Positions 25,270-38,337 of a stretch of DNA of 64,000 nucleotides are shown piece after piece (within the stretch, counting starts at the first letter, position 1; the number at the start of each line of letters is the position of its first letter). Origin of the DNA: Octopus sinensis (lineage: Eukaryota); assembly GCF_006345805.1 (NCBI RefSeq), contig NC_043001.1, forward strand, positions 9,796,001 through 9,860,000, read 5' to 3'. The translations under genes and the position numbers were made by a program. The notes under the pieces are model-generated. The model had not been told where the DNA came from and did not search any database. It was given only the letters and a program-made list of their open reading frames with translations.

Positions 25270-25375
25270 GAGACCGGTGCAACCTTCTGGTTCGCCAGCC
25301 GTCAGTCAAACCGTCCAACCCATGCCAGCATGGAAAATGGACATTAAACGATGATGATGATGGTGATGATAATGA
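25270..25375 (+). mobile_element. RTE 3' tail fragment
   Basis: ggtgcaaccttctggttcgccagcc...ccaacccatgccagcatggaaaatggacattaaacgatgatg. Confidence 0.8.
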
Positions 25376-25376
25376 T

Positions 25377-25450
25377 ACATGTGCAACATATGGAGAGGTG
25401 TGCCTCTCATTTGGAACATTGAAAAGGCATGTCAAAAGGGTCCATACTCT
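25377..25450 (+). pseudogene. Degenerate C2H2 zinc-finger remnant (LINE C-terminus-like)
   Basis: TCATYGEVCLSFGTLKRHVKRVH; second Cys would be a TGT>TAT change. Confidence 0.35.
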
Positions 25451-25651
25451 GGCACGAGTTCCTTCTGTCAGCCAGTATTATGTAACAGAATATGCAAAAG
25501 TTTTGCTGGGCTCAGGAGTCCTACAAGGTGAGGAGTCATACAAGGTCAGGAGTCATACAAGGGCTTCGCATTGCATCAACATTGACTCATTTCAGTGATT
25601 GTTTCTAGCTTGGCTCATATACGAGAAAGCAGCTAAGATGTGTATATAAAT

Positions 25652-25683
<32 letters not shown>

Positions 25684-26800
25684 GTATATATATGTACACA
25701 TGTGTGTATGTGTGTGTGTGTATGTCTGTGTCTGTGTATGTTTCTATGCTTGCATGTATGTATGTATCTGTGTATATACGTGTATGTGTATGTATATATG
25801 TGTATGTATGTATGTGAGTGCACATACATTTGTGTGAATGTAGATGTGTATGTCTATGTGCATAATTTTTCTTTCTTACCACTCTGTATGTATATGTATG
25901 TGTGTGGATGTGTGTGGGTAGGTGGGTGGTTGTGTGCTTGCACATATCCATCTGCATTTGTAGATACATCTGCATCATTTGCATCCTCATAGTTTAATGC
26001 ACACAAACACACATATGCATATCTATATGCAAACATATTTATACACACATGCACACACATACATAGATATTTATACACATACACAAACGCTCATAGATAT
26101 TTGCACACATATACATAGCTATTCATTCGCACACATATTTCTACCCATACACACATCATCATCATCATCAAACGCATATCTATACACACAAATACACACA
26201 CCTCTACTTTCACTTTCACTTCCACTCAAATGTCTATCGTTCATTTTCCTTTCCCTGATTTATTCTGCACCACTGCCAAAACAGTATGAATTTCACTCAG
26301 AATATAAAAGGGACTTCAGTGCAGTGCAGCAGAAACTGATCTCAATGTTTCCTCTGTAAATACGAATGCTGAACCATGCAAAATATACTCCACCAAGTTA
26401 AGCAATGACAAAGAAACTCTGTAGCGTACAGTTATTAATGGCGGCAGCTTTTATCTTTAGCTTTGACATCTTGCGTTCTTGATTGTTCTTAGACTGTTGT
26501 TTTATGCGATTATGGTGTTTATTTTTATATAATAAGAATAAGAACAATGAGGATAATAATAATATCGATGACGATGATGATGATGATGTTGGTGATGATG
26601 ATGATGGTGATGGTGATGGTGGTGGTGGTGGGGTGGTGGTGTATGTTTTATTGTTTTCTTATGTGTAGCTTCATCATTATTTCCTTCCCTGTAAGTTGTT
26701 TGAATTAAATGGTACCAACATTTTTCTTTAACGAGCATATTAAGCATTCCAAATATCCATATATAAATGAATGTATGAACACATATGTACTTGTGTGTGT

Positions 26801-27188
26801 AGTGGAGGCGCAATGGCCCAGTGGTTAGGGCAGCGGACTCGCGGTCATAGGATCACGGTTTCGATTCCCAGACCGGGCGTTGTGAGTGTTTATTGAGCGA
26901 AAACACCTAAAAGTTCCACGAGGCTCCGGCAGGGGATGGTGGTGATCCCTGCTGTACTCTTTCACTACAACTTTCTCTCACTCTTACTTCTGTTTCTGTT
27001 GTACCTGTATTTCAAGGGGCCGCCTTGTCACTCTCTGTGTCACGCTGAATATCCCGAGAAACTACGTTAAGGGTGCACGTGTCTGTGGAGTGCTCAGCCA
27101 CTTACATGTTAATTTCACGAGCAGGCTGTTCCGTTGATTCGGATCAACCGGAACCCTCATCGTCGTAACCGACGGAGTGCTTCCATCC
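26801..27188 (+). mobile_element. SINE family C, 3' module type 2; CpG-rich (young), with TSD
   Basis: A-box TGGCCCAGTGG, B-box GGTTTCGATTCC; 12 bp TSD acttgtgtgtgt at 26789-800 and 27189-200. Confidence 0.9.
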
Positions 27189-27724
27189 ACTTGTGTGTGT
27201 GTGTTTGTGTGTGTGTAATGTACTTAGACATGTAAATGTATATGTGTGTGTGCATATTAATACATGTACATAGATATGCTGTATGTGTTTGAGTAAATGT
27301 GTATGTTTGTGTATATAAAGTGCATTTATGCATTTATATGTGTTTATGTTAGTATATTTAGTGTGTAGGTGTGTATATGTGCATCTGTGTGTGTGTAAAC
27401 ATGTGCTTATGTGTGTGCATATATATGTATGCTTGTGTATAAGTATGTGTTTAAATGCCTATGCATACATGGATGTGTGTATGTGTATAAACATATACAG
27501 AGATACCTCATAGTATGAGTTTTAATTTGTTCCATAATGAGCTCATCTAACGATTTACTCATTTTACAAATCAATTTTCTCCTTTGAGATTAACTTAAAT
27601 ATAATCAATCTATTCCAGTCCCCTGAAAAACCACTCAAAAATAATTTTTTATGGGTTTTAAAACTGAAAAGGGGTAGTTACAAGTAAAATGACAGTTATG
27701 AAAAACAGAATGCGAAAGAAATAC

Positions 27725-28080
27725 GTAGGAGTGGCTGTGTGGTAAGTAGCTTGCTTACCAACCACATGGTTCTGGGTTCAGTCCCACTGCGTGGCATCTT
27801 GGGCAAGTGTCTTCTGCTATAGCCCTGGGCCAACCAATGCCTTGTGAGTGGATTTGGTAGACGGAAACTGAAAGTAGCCTGTCGTATATATATATATATA
27901 TGTATGTGTGTGTATATGTTTGTGTGTCTGTGTTTGTCCCCCAACATTGCTTGACAACCGATGCTGGTGTTTCATGTCCCCGTCACTTAGCGGTTCGGCA
28001 AAAGAGACCGATAGAATAAGTACTGGACTTACAAAGAATAAGTCCCGGGGTCGATTTGCTTGACTAAAGGCGGTGCTCCT
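27725..28080 (+). mobile_element. SINE family A, 3' end replaced by a MITE-1 half
   Basis: Breaks at gcggtgctcc. Confidence 0.85.
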
Positions 28081-28204
28081 AGTGTTAGGAACATAAATTG
28101 TGACTAAGGTTTGATGGAAGATTTTAATTCAAAACTTATGAAAACAAGACATTTGTACTCAGAGCCAGAGCCGGTTTCAGCTGGGTTGGTAACAAAAGGG
28201 TTAA
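28081..28204. mobile_element. piggyBac-type MITE-1, right half
   Basis: Matches 21714-21828; ends aaaagggTTAA. Confidence 0.85.
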
Positions 28205-28979
28205 AGACATGATGATTTGTGTGCTCAAACTGCGGATTTCTGCTCATAATTCAAGACAAAAATTAACACATGTCTCGGCTCTTTTAGCAAATTACTCGAG
28301 CACCGGTGCACTCATACTGTGAGGTTCTACTGTATATTGTCATTGTTTTAACGTTCACTTTTCCATACTTGTATGTGTCTGCTAATACTTCTACAACAGG
28401 GTGTTCTTCCTGTTGCTAACCTTCACTTGTTTCCAAATATAGAAACATCTCCCCTAATGGGCTGGGCATGCTTTCACAGTGACTACAATCAGACTGTTCA
28501 TTCCAAAACAGGAAGAACACACACACATGTACAATACAAACATACAGGCACTCACACATACACAAGATCCTTTCAGTTTTGGTCGACCATATTTCACTCA
28601 CAAAACATTGGCCCTTTTTTACAGCTTTAAAGACACCAACCAGCAATGTCCACTTCGTGCAAAAGAATCCTCCTAAACTACATAGTTCTGATGCTATCTT
28701 CTTCCTTACATGGCCACACCTAGAATTGAAGCCTCTCAATTCTAGACTTAGTTTTCTTAATTTATGCAGCTGAATCTGTTGAAGATTAAGAGATAAATCT
28801 TCAGACATGAAAATAAAATTACTGGCAAACAGTAGTCGCTCTGTTAAAATATGGAGAATTATGATAACTAAGAAGAGACTGGGATTTGGGTTTGAGCAGA
28901 AGTTCAACAGGAAATAATGATCTTAGAGAGCTACACCAAACCCCAGTGTCTGCCTTGACGTGATTCCTAGAGTTTGATG

Positions 28980-29135
28980 CAGGGGTGGACTGAGCCGTTG
29001 GTCAATAAGGCAATGCCTGAGGGCCCAGAGCTCTGAGGGGCCTGCACTTTAGATGTTAATTCTACTGATATCAATGCTAAGGGACTCGGTAAGCAGTTCT
29101 GCCTGAAGGCCCTTAATACTCTCAGTCTGCCCCTG
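28980..29135. mobile_element. hAT-type MITE (156 bp)
   Basis: TIR CAGGGGTGGACTGAG/CTCAGTCTGCCCCTG (13/15); 8 bp TSD gtttgatg/gttggatg (7/8). Confidence 0.8.
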
Positions 29136-29356
29136 GTTGGATGCCATTCTGAATGCTGACCACTTCCAGGCATGTACTGTGTTTTTTTTTCTTTGTTTCT
29201 TTTTATGTTTTTGTAACTACAAAGAGACAGAGAGAAAGAGCGGAAATATTTAACAGAGAGAGAGAGAGAAAGAGTAAAACAAAGACAGAGAGGAAAATAT
29301 AGAAGGAGAAACACTAAGTATACTGAGAGGGAGGGAGTGAGGAAGTTAGCAAGTAT

Positions 29357-29520
29357 AGGCATAGGAGTGGCTGTGTGGTAAGTAGCTTGCTTACCAATCA
29401 CATGGTTTCAGGTTCAGTCCCACTGCATGGAACATTGGGCAAGTGTCTTCTGCTATAGCCTCGGGCCGACCAAAGCCTTGTGAGTGGATTTGGTAGACGG
29501 AAACTGAAAGAAGCCCATCC
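29357..29520 (+). mobile_element. SINE family A, 5' half running into a long TA/TG tract
   Basis: ggcataggagtggctgtgtgg...gaaactgaaagaagccc. Confidence 0.85.
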
Positions 29521-30789
29521 TGTATATATATATATATATATAATGTATGCGTGTGTTTGTATGTATACGTATATATATATGTATATTTATGCATACATGC
29601 ATATATGTATATGTATGTATATAGATGTATATATGTATAGATATGTATATACATGTATACACATATATATGTATATATATGTGTATATGTATATATATAT
29701 ATGTATATATATATATGTACATATGTATATACAATAATAATATTAGGGAATAAATTATTATTCCAACCTTACAGGTAAAATTCAGTATAATAAAATACCT
29801 GTTTGTCTGTGTGTGTGCACGCGCATATGCATATGTGTGTGTGCATATGTATATAAATGGTACTTTCCAAAAATGCTAGGTTGTTAGATTGGTGTTGTAA
29901 AGCTGATTGCCCAAACCACAGTGTGTGTGTGTGTGTGTGTGCATGGGTGTGTGCACATTCATACCATCAGATATACACATATACACATCATGTTATAATG
30001 CTTTGACATAATGTATAAGAACTTCGGCAGCCACAGGTAGTCATAAAAGCTAGATAAATAAAGAGAAAGAGAGAGAAAAAGAGAGAGAGAAAAAGAGAGA
30101 GAGAAAAAGAGAGAGAGAGCAGGTGAGAGAGAGAGGGGCAGCTAGGTAGATATACATAGACGTGTGTGTTTATCCCCACTGTTTACGGTTGACTTACAAT
30201 CTTCTATCTTCATTGTCAAAGCATCATTTGCACAGATTTCCTCATCATTATCAAGTATTCCTGCATTACACACCTACACACACACACAAACACACACATT
30301 TATGGACATTGTTTGCTCATTTGCCTCTTTATTTTTGCTAATCCTAAGCTGAATGGATTACCATGTTAGATATAATTGATTTTGATGGAACCGTCCCCAT
30401 CTCTTCTTTGTTTCATTGTTTCACAAACTCTTCCAACCTGACAGTGACAAATTATTCCGGGTTCTTTTATATTTTCGCTTAAACTTTTTTTTCCTTAACT
30501 TTCACATTTTCTTTCCCTCCATTTTTATTTCATTCTATTTATTATATATTTTTTTTTGTCTTATTTTGATTATTTCATCTGACGTTAGTTATTATGTGTT
30601 TTTTTTTTCCCTTCGTTCTCTTACACTTTTAGCTGATGCTTATTGATTAGAAAATAGTTACAACTTTGTTGGTTTCTTAATGTTTCTTAGCATTAGACAG
30701 CTCTCCTCCTATTAATTGTCAGCATTTTTTTTTCATTATTTTATTATTTTATTGCATTTACTTTTAAATTCAGGAAAACTCTTTAAAAA

Positions 30790-32000
30790 GGATGTGTATA
30801 TGTAAGCGTATGTGTGCGCATATGTGTATATATATGCACTCGCATATGCCTATACTTAATTCTTCCCATCAGTATACATACAGATGTGTGTATAAGTATG
30901 CATATGTGTACATATGCATATTCACATAGAAACATTCATATATATATTTATTACACATATAGATGTGTATGTATATATATATGTCTATGTATATATATAT
31001 GTCTATGTATATATATGTGTGTGTGTGTGTATGTCAGTATGTGTGTATATATATATACATGTATATATATATATATATATATACATACATAGATATATAT
31101 ATATTTAAATTCTTTCATATATATATATTTACTACTACATATATATATATATATATACATATATATACATGTATATACATAAATACATATATATATATAT
31201 ATATAAACACATATATATATATACATGAGACATATGTACATATGTGAAGGTATGTATATATATGTTCACATATAGACATTCATATATTGTGCATACGAAT
31301 GAGTACATAACTATATATATATATATATATATATATGTATTTATATACGTATACTCACAAGCATACACATATGTTCATGTAAGTATATATGTACGTGTAC
31401 ACATATACATGGATGTGTATGTAAGTGATACGCATTTATATGCGCACACACATATGTGATTGTGTAAATGCATGTATGTATATTTAAAGAATTTTGTCCA
31501 TAATTATATAAGCTCATAACACATATAGTTATGGCTGTTACCTATGTAAATGGGTGTGTAGACGTAGACGTAGATATTTAGCTCACTCTATGTCTGTGTG
31601 AGTATATATGCATATATATGTGCCCATGTGTGTGCATGTATATACATACAGATATACATATATATATATATATGTATGTATATCTGTATGTATGCATGTG
31701 TATATATATGTATGTATATCTGTATGTATGTGTATATATATATATATATGTATGTATATCTGTATGTATGCATGTGTATATATATGTATGTATCATATGT
31801 ATGTGTATATATATCTGTATGTATGAATGTATATATATATATGTATGTATGAATGTATAATATATATATATATGTATGTATATATGTGTATATATGTATG
31901 TATATATGTATATATGTATATATATATATATATTATATATATATATATATATAGATAGATTATGTATGTATCTATGCACTCACACACACACACACACAAG
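30790..32000. repeat. About 1.2 kb compound TA/TG/CA microsatellite field
   Basis: Direct reading; source of many spurious ORFs. Confidence 0.95.
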
Positions 32001-32119
32001 CACACACGCATGCTGGCACTCTGAAGCAGACACAATTGTTGACTTCCATCTTTGTTATAGCTTTAGATGATCAAGTAAAAGTGTGTGATTGAATCAGAAA
32101 ACTTTCAATCATATCGCTT

Positions 32120-32132
32120 TGATTGACAGCTG
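32120..32132 (+). promoter_or_regulatory. PBX-MEIS/PREP consensus site overlapping an E-box (TGATTGACAGCTG)
   Basis: Exact TGATTGACAG plus CAGCTG in an island of unique sequence; motif match only. Confidence 0.2.
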
Positions 32133-32389
32133 AATTTCGTACATCTATCAACATATGAAATCTCACTTTACTGATTCGAGCAACTCAATAAGCTCGCTAC
32201 CAGCCATGCAGAAGAAACTCTAAACACGTTCTCTATTTATTTATTTATCTACTTATTTGAAGGGAAGTGTGCGCATAGAAATAAATTAACAAATGAAGAA
32301 ATAAAAATAAATATTTTAAAATATTCATTAATCAATATAATATTTGAGATACCATTCTTATCTCTGGTTTGTTGTATTCTGAATATTTT

Positions 32390-32472
32390 CTCCTATCTAT
32401 CTACTTATCTATTTGTCGATCTATCTATCTATTTATCTATCTGTCGATCTATCTATCTGTCTATCTATCAAT

Positions 32473-32534
<62 letters not shown>

Positions 32535-32620
32535 CTATCAATTTATTAATGTATCTGTCTTTATCTATCTTTGTCAATCTATGTATGTATCTATCTATCT
32601 ATATCAACCTGTCTATCTAT
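32390..32620. repeat. (TATC)n tetranucleotide microsatellite
   Basis: Direct reading of the sequence. Confidence 0.95.
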
Positions 32621-33299
32621 CTATCTCACTCTCTCCTCACACTCTCTTCTCTCTCTCTCCCTTTCTTCTCTCATATATGTATAAATATATATGTATATAT
32701 ATGTATATGCATATATAAATACATGTGTGTGTGTGTGTGTATGTATATAGATGTATATATTTGTATGTATATATACATGTATGTATATACATGTATATAT
32801 ATATATATGTGTGTGAGTGTGTGTATATATATGTGTGTATACATATAATTGAATATCAAAACACGTGCAATATTTATTAAATAGCTGTTTAAACTTACTC
32901 TTTCTTAACTCTGCATATTAAACTTTATTTTCACACACAATGAATACCTAAACCTAGACTTGTAAGTATACTGTATCACTACTGGCCATTTGGTCATTCT
33001 AAAGGCAATGAGTTCTAACTTTGTACTCTAGTATACTCCTAATGGAATACACCTTAAACTATGTATGCATGTATGTATGTATGTATGTATGTATGTATGT
33101 ATGTATATGTATATGTATGTATGTGTATGTATGTATGTATATGTATGTATGTATGTATGTATGTAAATGCATGTATGTATATATATGTATGTATGTATGT
33201 AAATGCATGTATGTATATATATGTATGTGTGTATGTATGTATATGTATGTATATATATGTGTATGTATGTATATATATATATATATGTATGTATGTGTA

Positions 33300-33438
33300 T
33301 CATCATCATCATCATCATCGTTTAACGTCCATTTTCCATGGTAGCATGGGTTGGACGGTTCAACTGGGGTCTGGGGAGCCAGAAGGCTGCGCCAGGCCCA
33401 GTCTGATCTGGCAGCTGGATGCCCTTCCGAACACCAAA
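33300..33438 (-). mobile_element. RTE 3' tail (internally deleted) inserted in a (TATG)n/(TA)n field
   Basis: (CAT)n cgtttaacgtccattttccatgg...ggatgcccttcc. Confidence 0.85.
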
Positions 33439-33566
33439 CATGTGTATGTATATATATATATACAAACATATATATATAATATATATATATGTGTATGTAT
33501 GTATATGTATATATATATATGTGTATACATGTATATATATGTCTGTATATATAGATAGATAGATAC

Positions 33567-33606
<40 letters not shown>

Positions 33607-33644
33607 TCATCATCATCATCATCGTTTGTATCTATATATATGCT

Positions 33645-33770
33645 CGAAAGCACACTGCCGGTGTATTGAATGTGGAAAGCTTGGTCTGCAATGTTTGCAG
33701 TCATGTATGCTTGTCAAGAGCAGGGCTCATTAACCACCAACAGAGCTGCAGATGCAAAATACAAATTCAT
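33645..33770 (+). mobile_element. C-terminal zinc-finger remnant of a BovB-like RTE LINE
   Basis: [23 protein letters not shown] resembles the terminal C2H2/C2HC finger of BovB-type RTE ORFs. Confidence 0.55.
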
Positions 33771-33889
33771 CTTGGAGCGCACAATGTTCCTAAAGGTCAG
33801 CAATGGTCTTCCTCGGTCACAAGTGGATGGCCATCATATATGTATGCATATATATATATATATTATATATTTATATACACGTTTGTGTA

Positions 33890-33936
<47 letters not shown>

Positions 33937-35044
33937 TATATATATATACAATATATATACATATATATATACACAATGTATATACATATATATATTGTTG
34001 TATGTGTGTGTATATATATATATACATATATATATACACAATGTATATACATATATATGTGTTGTATGTGTGTGTATATACGTATATATATATATATATT
34101 TGTACGTATATATATGTATACATGTATATGTATATATGTATATATTTATGTGTGTGTGTGTGTGTATATATAATATTCATTCCCCTTGTTTCTGTTTCTT
34201 TTTCTTTCTCACTTTCCTTCCCTTGACTCATTGTCCCTTTCCTTTCTCTTCCCTACTTTCTCTTTCATTTCTGCCTCCTACTCTCTCTCCCTCTCACCTC
34301 TGTTTTTCCCTCTCCTCCCACCCTTTCTCTGCAGCCATTTCTTCATAGCTTTATTCATCATCAAATAACAATACCACTGACAGCTTCATTAGATAAATTG
34401 TTGGTGATGCAACATCATCATTTACTTGTAATTAATGACTTTGAATATAGCACAAGGCCACACTTTTACGTTTTTTTTTTATTACCTTATTTTTATTTCT
34501 TTTTATATTTCCGTTTTCCTTTCATTTTTTTTTTGTTTGTTTCCTCTTCCTTTTTTGTGTGTTTGTTTGTGTAAGAGATTATTTGATGAGATCGTTTCTT
34601 TCTCTCTTAAAAATATGAAGGGCCAAGTCAAACCACCATGTCAGCTTCTAAACAAAGACCAGCAAGGGTTGTAACTAAATATCTAAAGGCATTCCATCAG
34701 CCAGTCTCCCAGTTTTGTTAATCCATCAAAGTTAACCTTTTTTGATATCACAACACCTGAGACCTTATTTAATCCTTTTAAAACAAAATCTCCTCTTTTC
34801 CTGTGTTCAGATTTAAATCAAATCTTTTGACACAATTTTATATAAGAATCTTTTCTGAAGTAACATTCCAAATGGCTTGGTGTTTAGGCTCTAAAAGACA
34901 ACTCAACCATGGCCATCCATTCATCTTTTTAAGATAGCAGATATGCTATGAGGAAGATTTATTATCTCATATACAATTTATCAAACTGCTATTTCTTACA
35001 TGGGACACTACTATTGCTACATGTATAGGAATATCTAAACTACA

Positions 35045-35230
35045 CCTTGACCCTTTAGTATTTAAACTGGTTATATCCGGCTTAGATATTCAACCGGCTT
35101 TACTGTTAAAACTGTCCAGATTCAGCCTCTCACACCTACCCAACAAAGTCATTCGAAAAATATGAGATGGATAATGCTGGATTTAAATTCAGAACAATAT
35201 GAATGAATAAGCTTTGTGTTAGATTAATCT
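35045..35230 (+). mobile_element. piggyBac-type MITE-2, degenerate
   Basis: ttgaccctttagtatttaaactgg...cagcctctcacacc; homologous to 36420-36640 and 48275-48970. Confidence 0.55.
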
Positions 35231-35579
35231 GATTAACAGTTTAGTTAATTGGTAGAATTTACCTCACTAAACCACCCACACTAAAGGTTTGCCCATCTGT
35301 TGTCCCATTTCTCTCTCTTTTTCATCAACATCTTACCATTATCTGTTACAGACCAAGAAGTGTGCCTTTGAGTAGTCACTTGACTTGCCAATCCACCCTC
35401 AAACAGCCAATCCGCCCTTGAACAACATCCTACTGTCTTAAAAAAAAAAAAGGATTCATTTCATAATGCAGTCTTAGTTATACAGATAAAAGTTGACAAG
35501 ATGTGTCCCAGCTGGAGCACCATGGATCATAAATTTACTTAGATCCAAACAACAACACCTGATTCTCTGAATTAAGTAT

Positions 35580-35815
35580 ACCTATTTCTTTACTACCCAC
35601 AAGGAGCTAAACACAGAGGGGACAAACAAGGACAGACAAACAGATTAAGTCGATTACATTGACCCCACTTCATAACTGGTACTTAATTTATTGACCCCGA
35701 AAGGATGAAAGGCAAAGTTGACCTCGGCGGAATTTGAACTCAGAACGTAGTGGCAGATGAAATACAGCTCCGCATTTCGCCCGGTGTGCTAACGTTTCTG
35801 CTAGCTCGCCACCTT
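35580..35815 (-). mobile_element. SINE family B monomer
   Basis: cctatttctttactacccacaagg...gctaacgtttctgctagctcgcc. Confidence 0.9.
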
Positions 35816-36069
35816 CTGAATTGAGTATACCACCTCTGTGCCAGCCCCCTTACTACACTTGGGTCTACTCATTGCCACAATCATTTCACCCCCTCTCAAA
35901 CTCGACAATGTTATCTATATTTGTCCCCTCTTTTTTAAAATAAGAACCACAGTCATTTAGGTCATTTACCTTGCTTGTGTTTTCTCTACAAGTTCCACTT
36001 CAACAAAGTTCAGTCTAAATATAAAATACATTGACTCCCACCAGTCTGAGAGTGTATGTAAATCTGGGG

Positions 36070-36410
36070 TATCGACCCCTTCTTTCAAATCAGCTCTCTC
36101 TGCTATAGACCCCTTGTTTCAAACCATCTCTCTCTGCTATAGACCCCTTGTTTCAAACCAGCTCTCTCTGCTATGGACCCCTTCTTTAAAACCAAATGTC
36201 TGTGCTATGGACCTCTTCTTGCAAACCAGCTGTCTGTGCTATAGACCCCTTGTTTCAAACCAGCTGTCTCTGCTATAGACCCCTTCTTTCAAACCAGCTG
36301 TCTCTGCTATAAACCCCTTCTTTCAAACCTGCTCTCTCTGCTATAGAACCCTTCTTTTAAACCAACTGTCTGTACTATGGACCCCTTCTTTCAAACCAAC
36401 TGTCTGTGCT
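36070..36410. repeat. 34 bp minisatellite, about 10 copies (tatagaccccttctttcaaaccagctgtctctgc)
   Basis: Direct head-to-tail units without spacers. Confidence 0.9.
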
Positions 36411-36419
36411 GCTTTGAAT

Positions 36420-36640
36420 GATCCCTTTCCTAGTTAAACTGACCATATTAGGCCAAAATATTCACCCTGTTTTATGTTTTAACTGGTTATATCTGGTCTC
36501 TCACACCCACCCTACAATGCCATTTTGAAAATTATGACATCAAAATCTTGAAGTTAAAAGATGATGCATAATTAATTCAAAACAATATGAATAAATAAGC
36601 ATTACATTCGACAGAGTAATTTGAATGCTGAAAGGGTTAA
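36420..36640 (+). mobile_element. piggyBac-type MITE-2
   Basis: Ends gaatgctgaaagggTTAA; homologous to 35045-35230. Confidence 0.65.
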
Positions 36641-37413
36641 ATATGAAATACATATAAGGGCCACACATTTATATTTCTCTGATGAGGAAAATTACCAAAA
36701 ATTTTTCTGCAAGGTAAAGATAATCTGTTCATTTCCCCAATCTCTACAGTAACACTACTATAGCCGATGAGGTGTAAATGAAACCTGGTTATTGCTTGTT
36801 AACGGCTTTCCCTGATTCACTTTGGGAGAAATTAACCGCAGAAATGAGCTTCTTTTAATCATATTCCAATCATTTCATGTATAATCTTGATTAACTGTCA
36901 TAAAAATTTCTCTGAAGTATAATTAGCCAATAAAATGACTTCATTTCATTTGTTTTTCTCCTTTTCTTTTCTTTTCTTTTTTTTTCGTTGCTTCTATTTG
37001 AACAAACATCTAACTAATGTTGTTGAGGCATCATCTTTGAAAATATTCAATCAAGTCTTTGAAAAGGTTTGATTGGAAAAAGGCAACTCAGCAGATTTGT
37101 TGTAGACCTACCATTCCCTCACATAGCAACCAAGTAAATTGAGTTTCAAAATAACAATAGAAAGCTTGCTCATAGCTAAACAAAAACAATTCGTTAATTA
37201 TTGTTATTGTTAATATTATTTGCTGTGTGCCACAATAAAAGAGCAAGTTCTTACCATCCTTTTAACTTTGTTGATATTTCCATAATGACCTTGGAAAGGT
37301 ATAAATATCTCAATCACCCGTATTTCCTCCTAAATTTTTAGCTTATTCAAGTACAGCAATTTGGTTGAATCTTTTGTACCTCGGTACCAAGACATGATAC
37401 CATTATCATTGTA

Positions 37414-38184
37414 GAGCTGGTAGAAACATTAGCATGCCGGATGAAGTGCTTAACGGCATTTCACCCGTCGCTACGTTCTGAGTTCAAATTCCGCAGAGGT
37501 CGACTTTACCTTTCATCCTTTCGGTGTTGATAAATTAAGTACCAATTACACACTGGGGTTGATGTAATCGACTTAATCCGTTTGTCTGTCCTTGATTGTC
37601 CCCTCTGTGTTTAGCCCCTTGTGGGTAGTAAAGAAATAGGTATTTTGTCTGTCGTTACGTTCTGTGTTCAAATTCCGCCAAGGTCGACTTTGCCTTTCAT
37701 CCTTTCGGTGTTGATAAATTAAGTACCAATTACACACTGGGGTTGATGTAATTGACTTAATCCGTTTGTCTGTCCTTGTTTGTCCCCTCTGTGTTTAGCC
37801 CCTTGTGGGTAATAAAGAAATAGGTGTTTCATCTGTTGTTATGTTCTGAGTTCAAATTCCGCCGAGGTTGACTTTGCCTTTCATCCTTTCGGGGTCGATT
37901 AAATAAGTACCAGTTACACACTGGGGTCGATATAATCGACTTAATCAGTTTGTTTGTCTCCTCTGTGTTTAGCCCCTTGTGGGTAGTAAAGAAATAGGTA
38001 TTTCGTCTGTCATTACGTTCTATGTTAAAATTCCGCCAAGATCGACTTTGCCTTTTGTCCCTTCGGGGTCGATAAATTAAGCACCACTTACGCTCTGGGG
38101 TCGATGTAATCGACTTAATCCCTTTTTTTGTCTTTGTTTGTCCCTTCTATGTTTAGCCCCTTGTGGGCAATAAAGAAATAAGAA
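37414..38184 (+). mobile_element. SINE family B, head plus 4 tandem units
   Basis: aaagaaata|ggt junctions near 37639, 37821 and 37998. Confidence 0.9.
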
Positions 38185-38337
38185 AGCATTGTTAATTCTG
38201 GGACAATGCTAAAAGACATTTGTTCAGTGGGACTGAATCTGAAATCATGGTGTTCAGAAGTGACCTGACCTTCCTAAACATAACAGCCATGCCTAGTAAC
38301 TATTTTCTGGTAGCATTCAGTTTGAACCTTTATTCTT

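Noticed and set aside
26804-26875. tRNA gene (also the heads at 103, 2017, 23489 and 48576)
   Set aside because: A/B boxes are present, but I could not fold a complete acceptor stem, and each runs into SINE body sequence with many dispersed copies.
36070-36410. CRISPR-like 34 bp repeat
   Set aside because: Units are contiguous with no spacers; it is an ordinary minisatellite.
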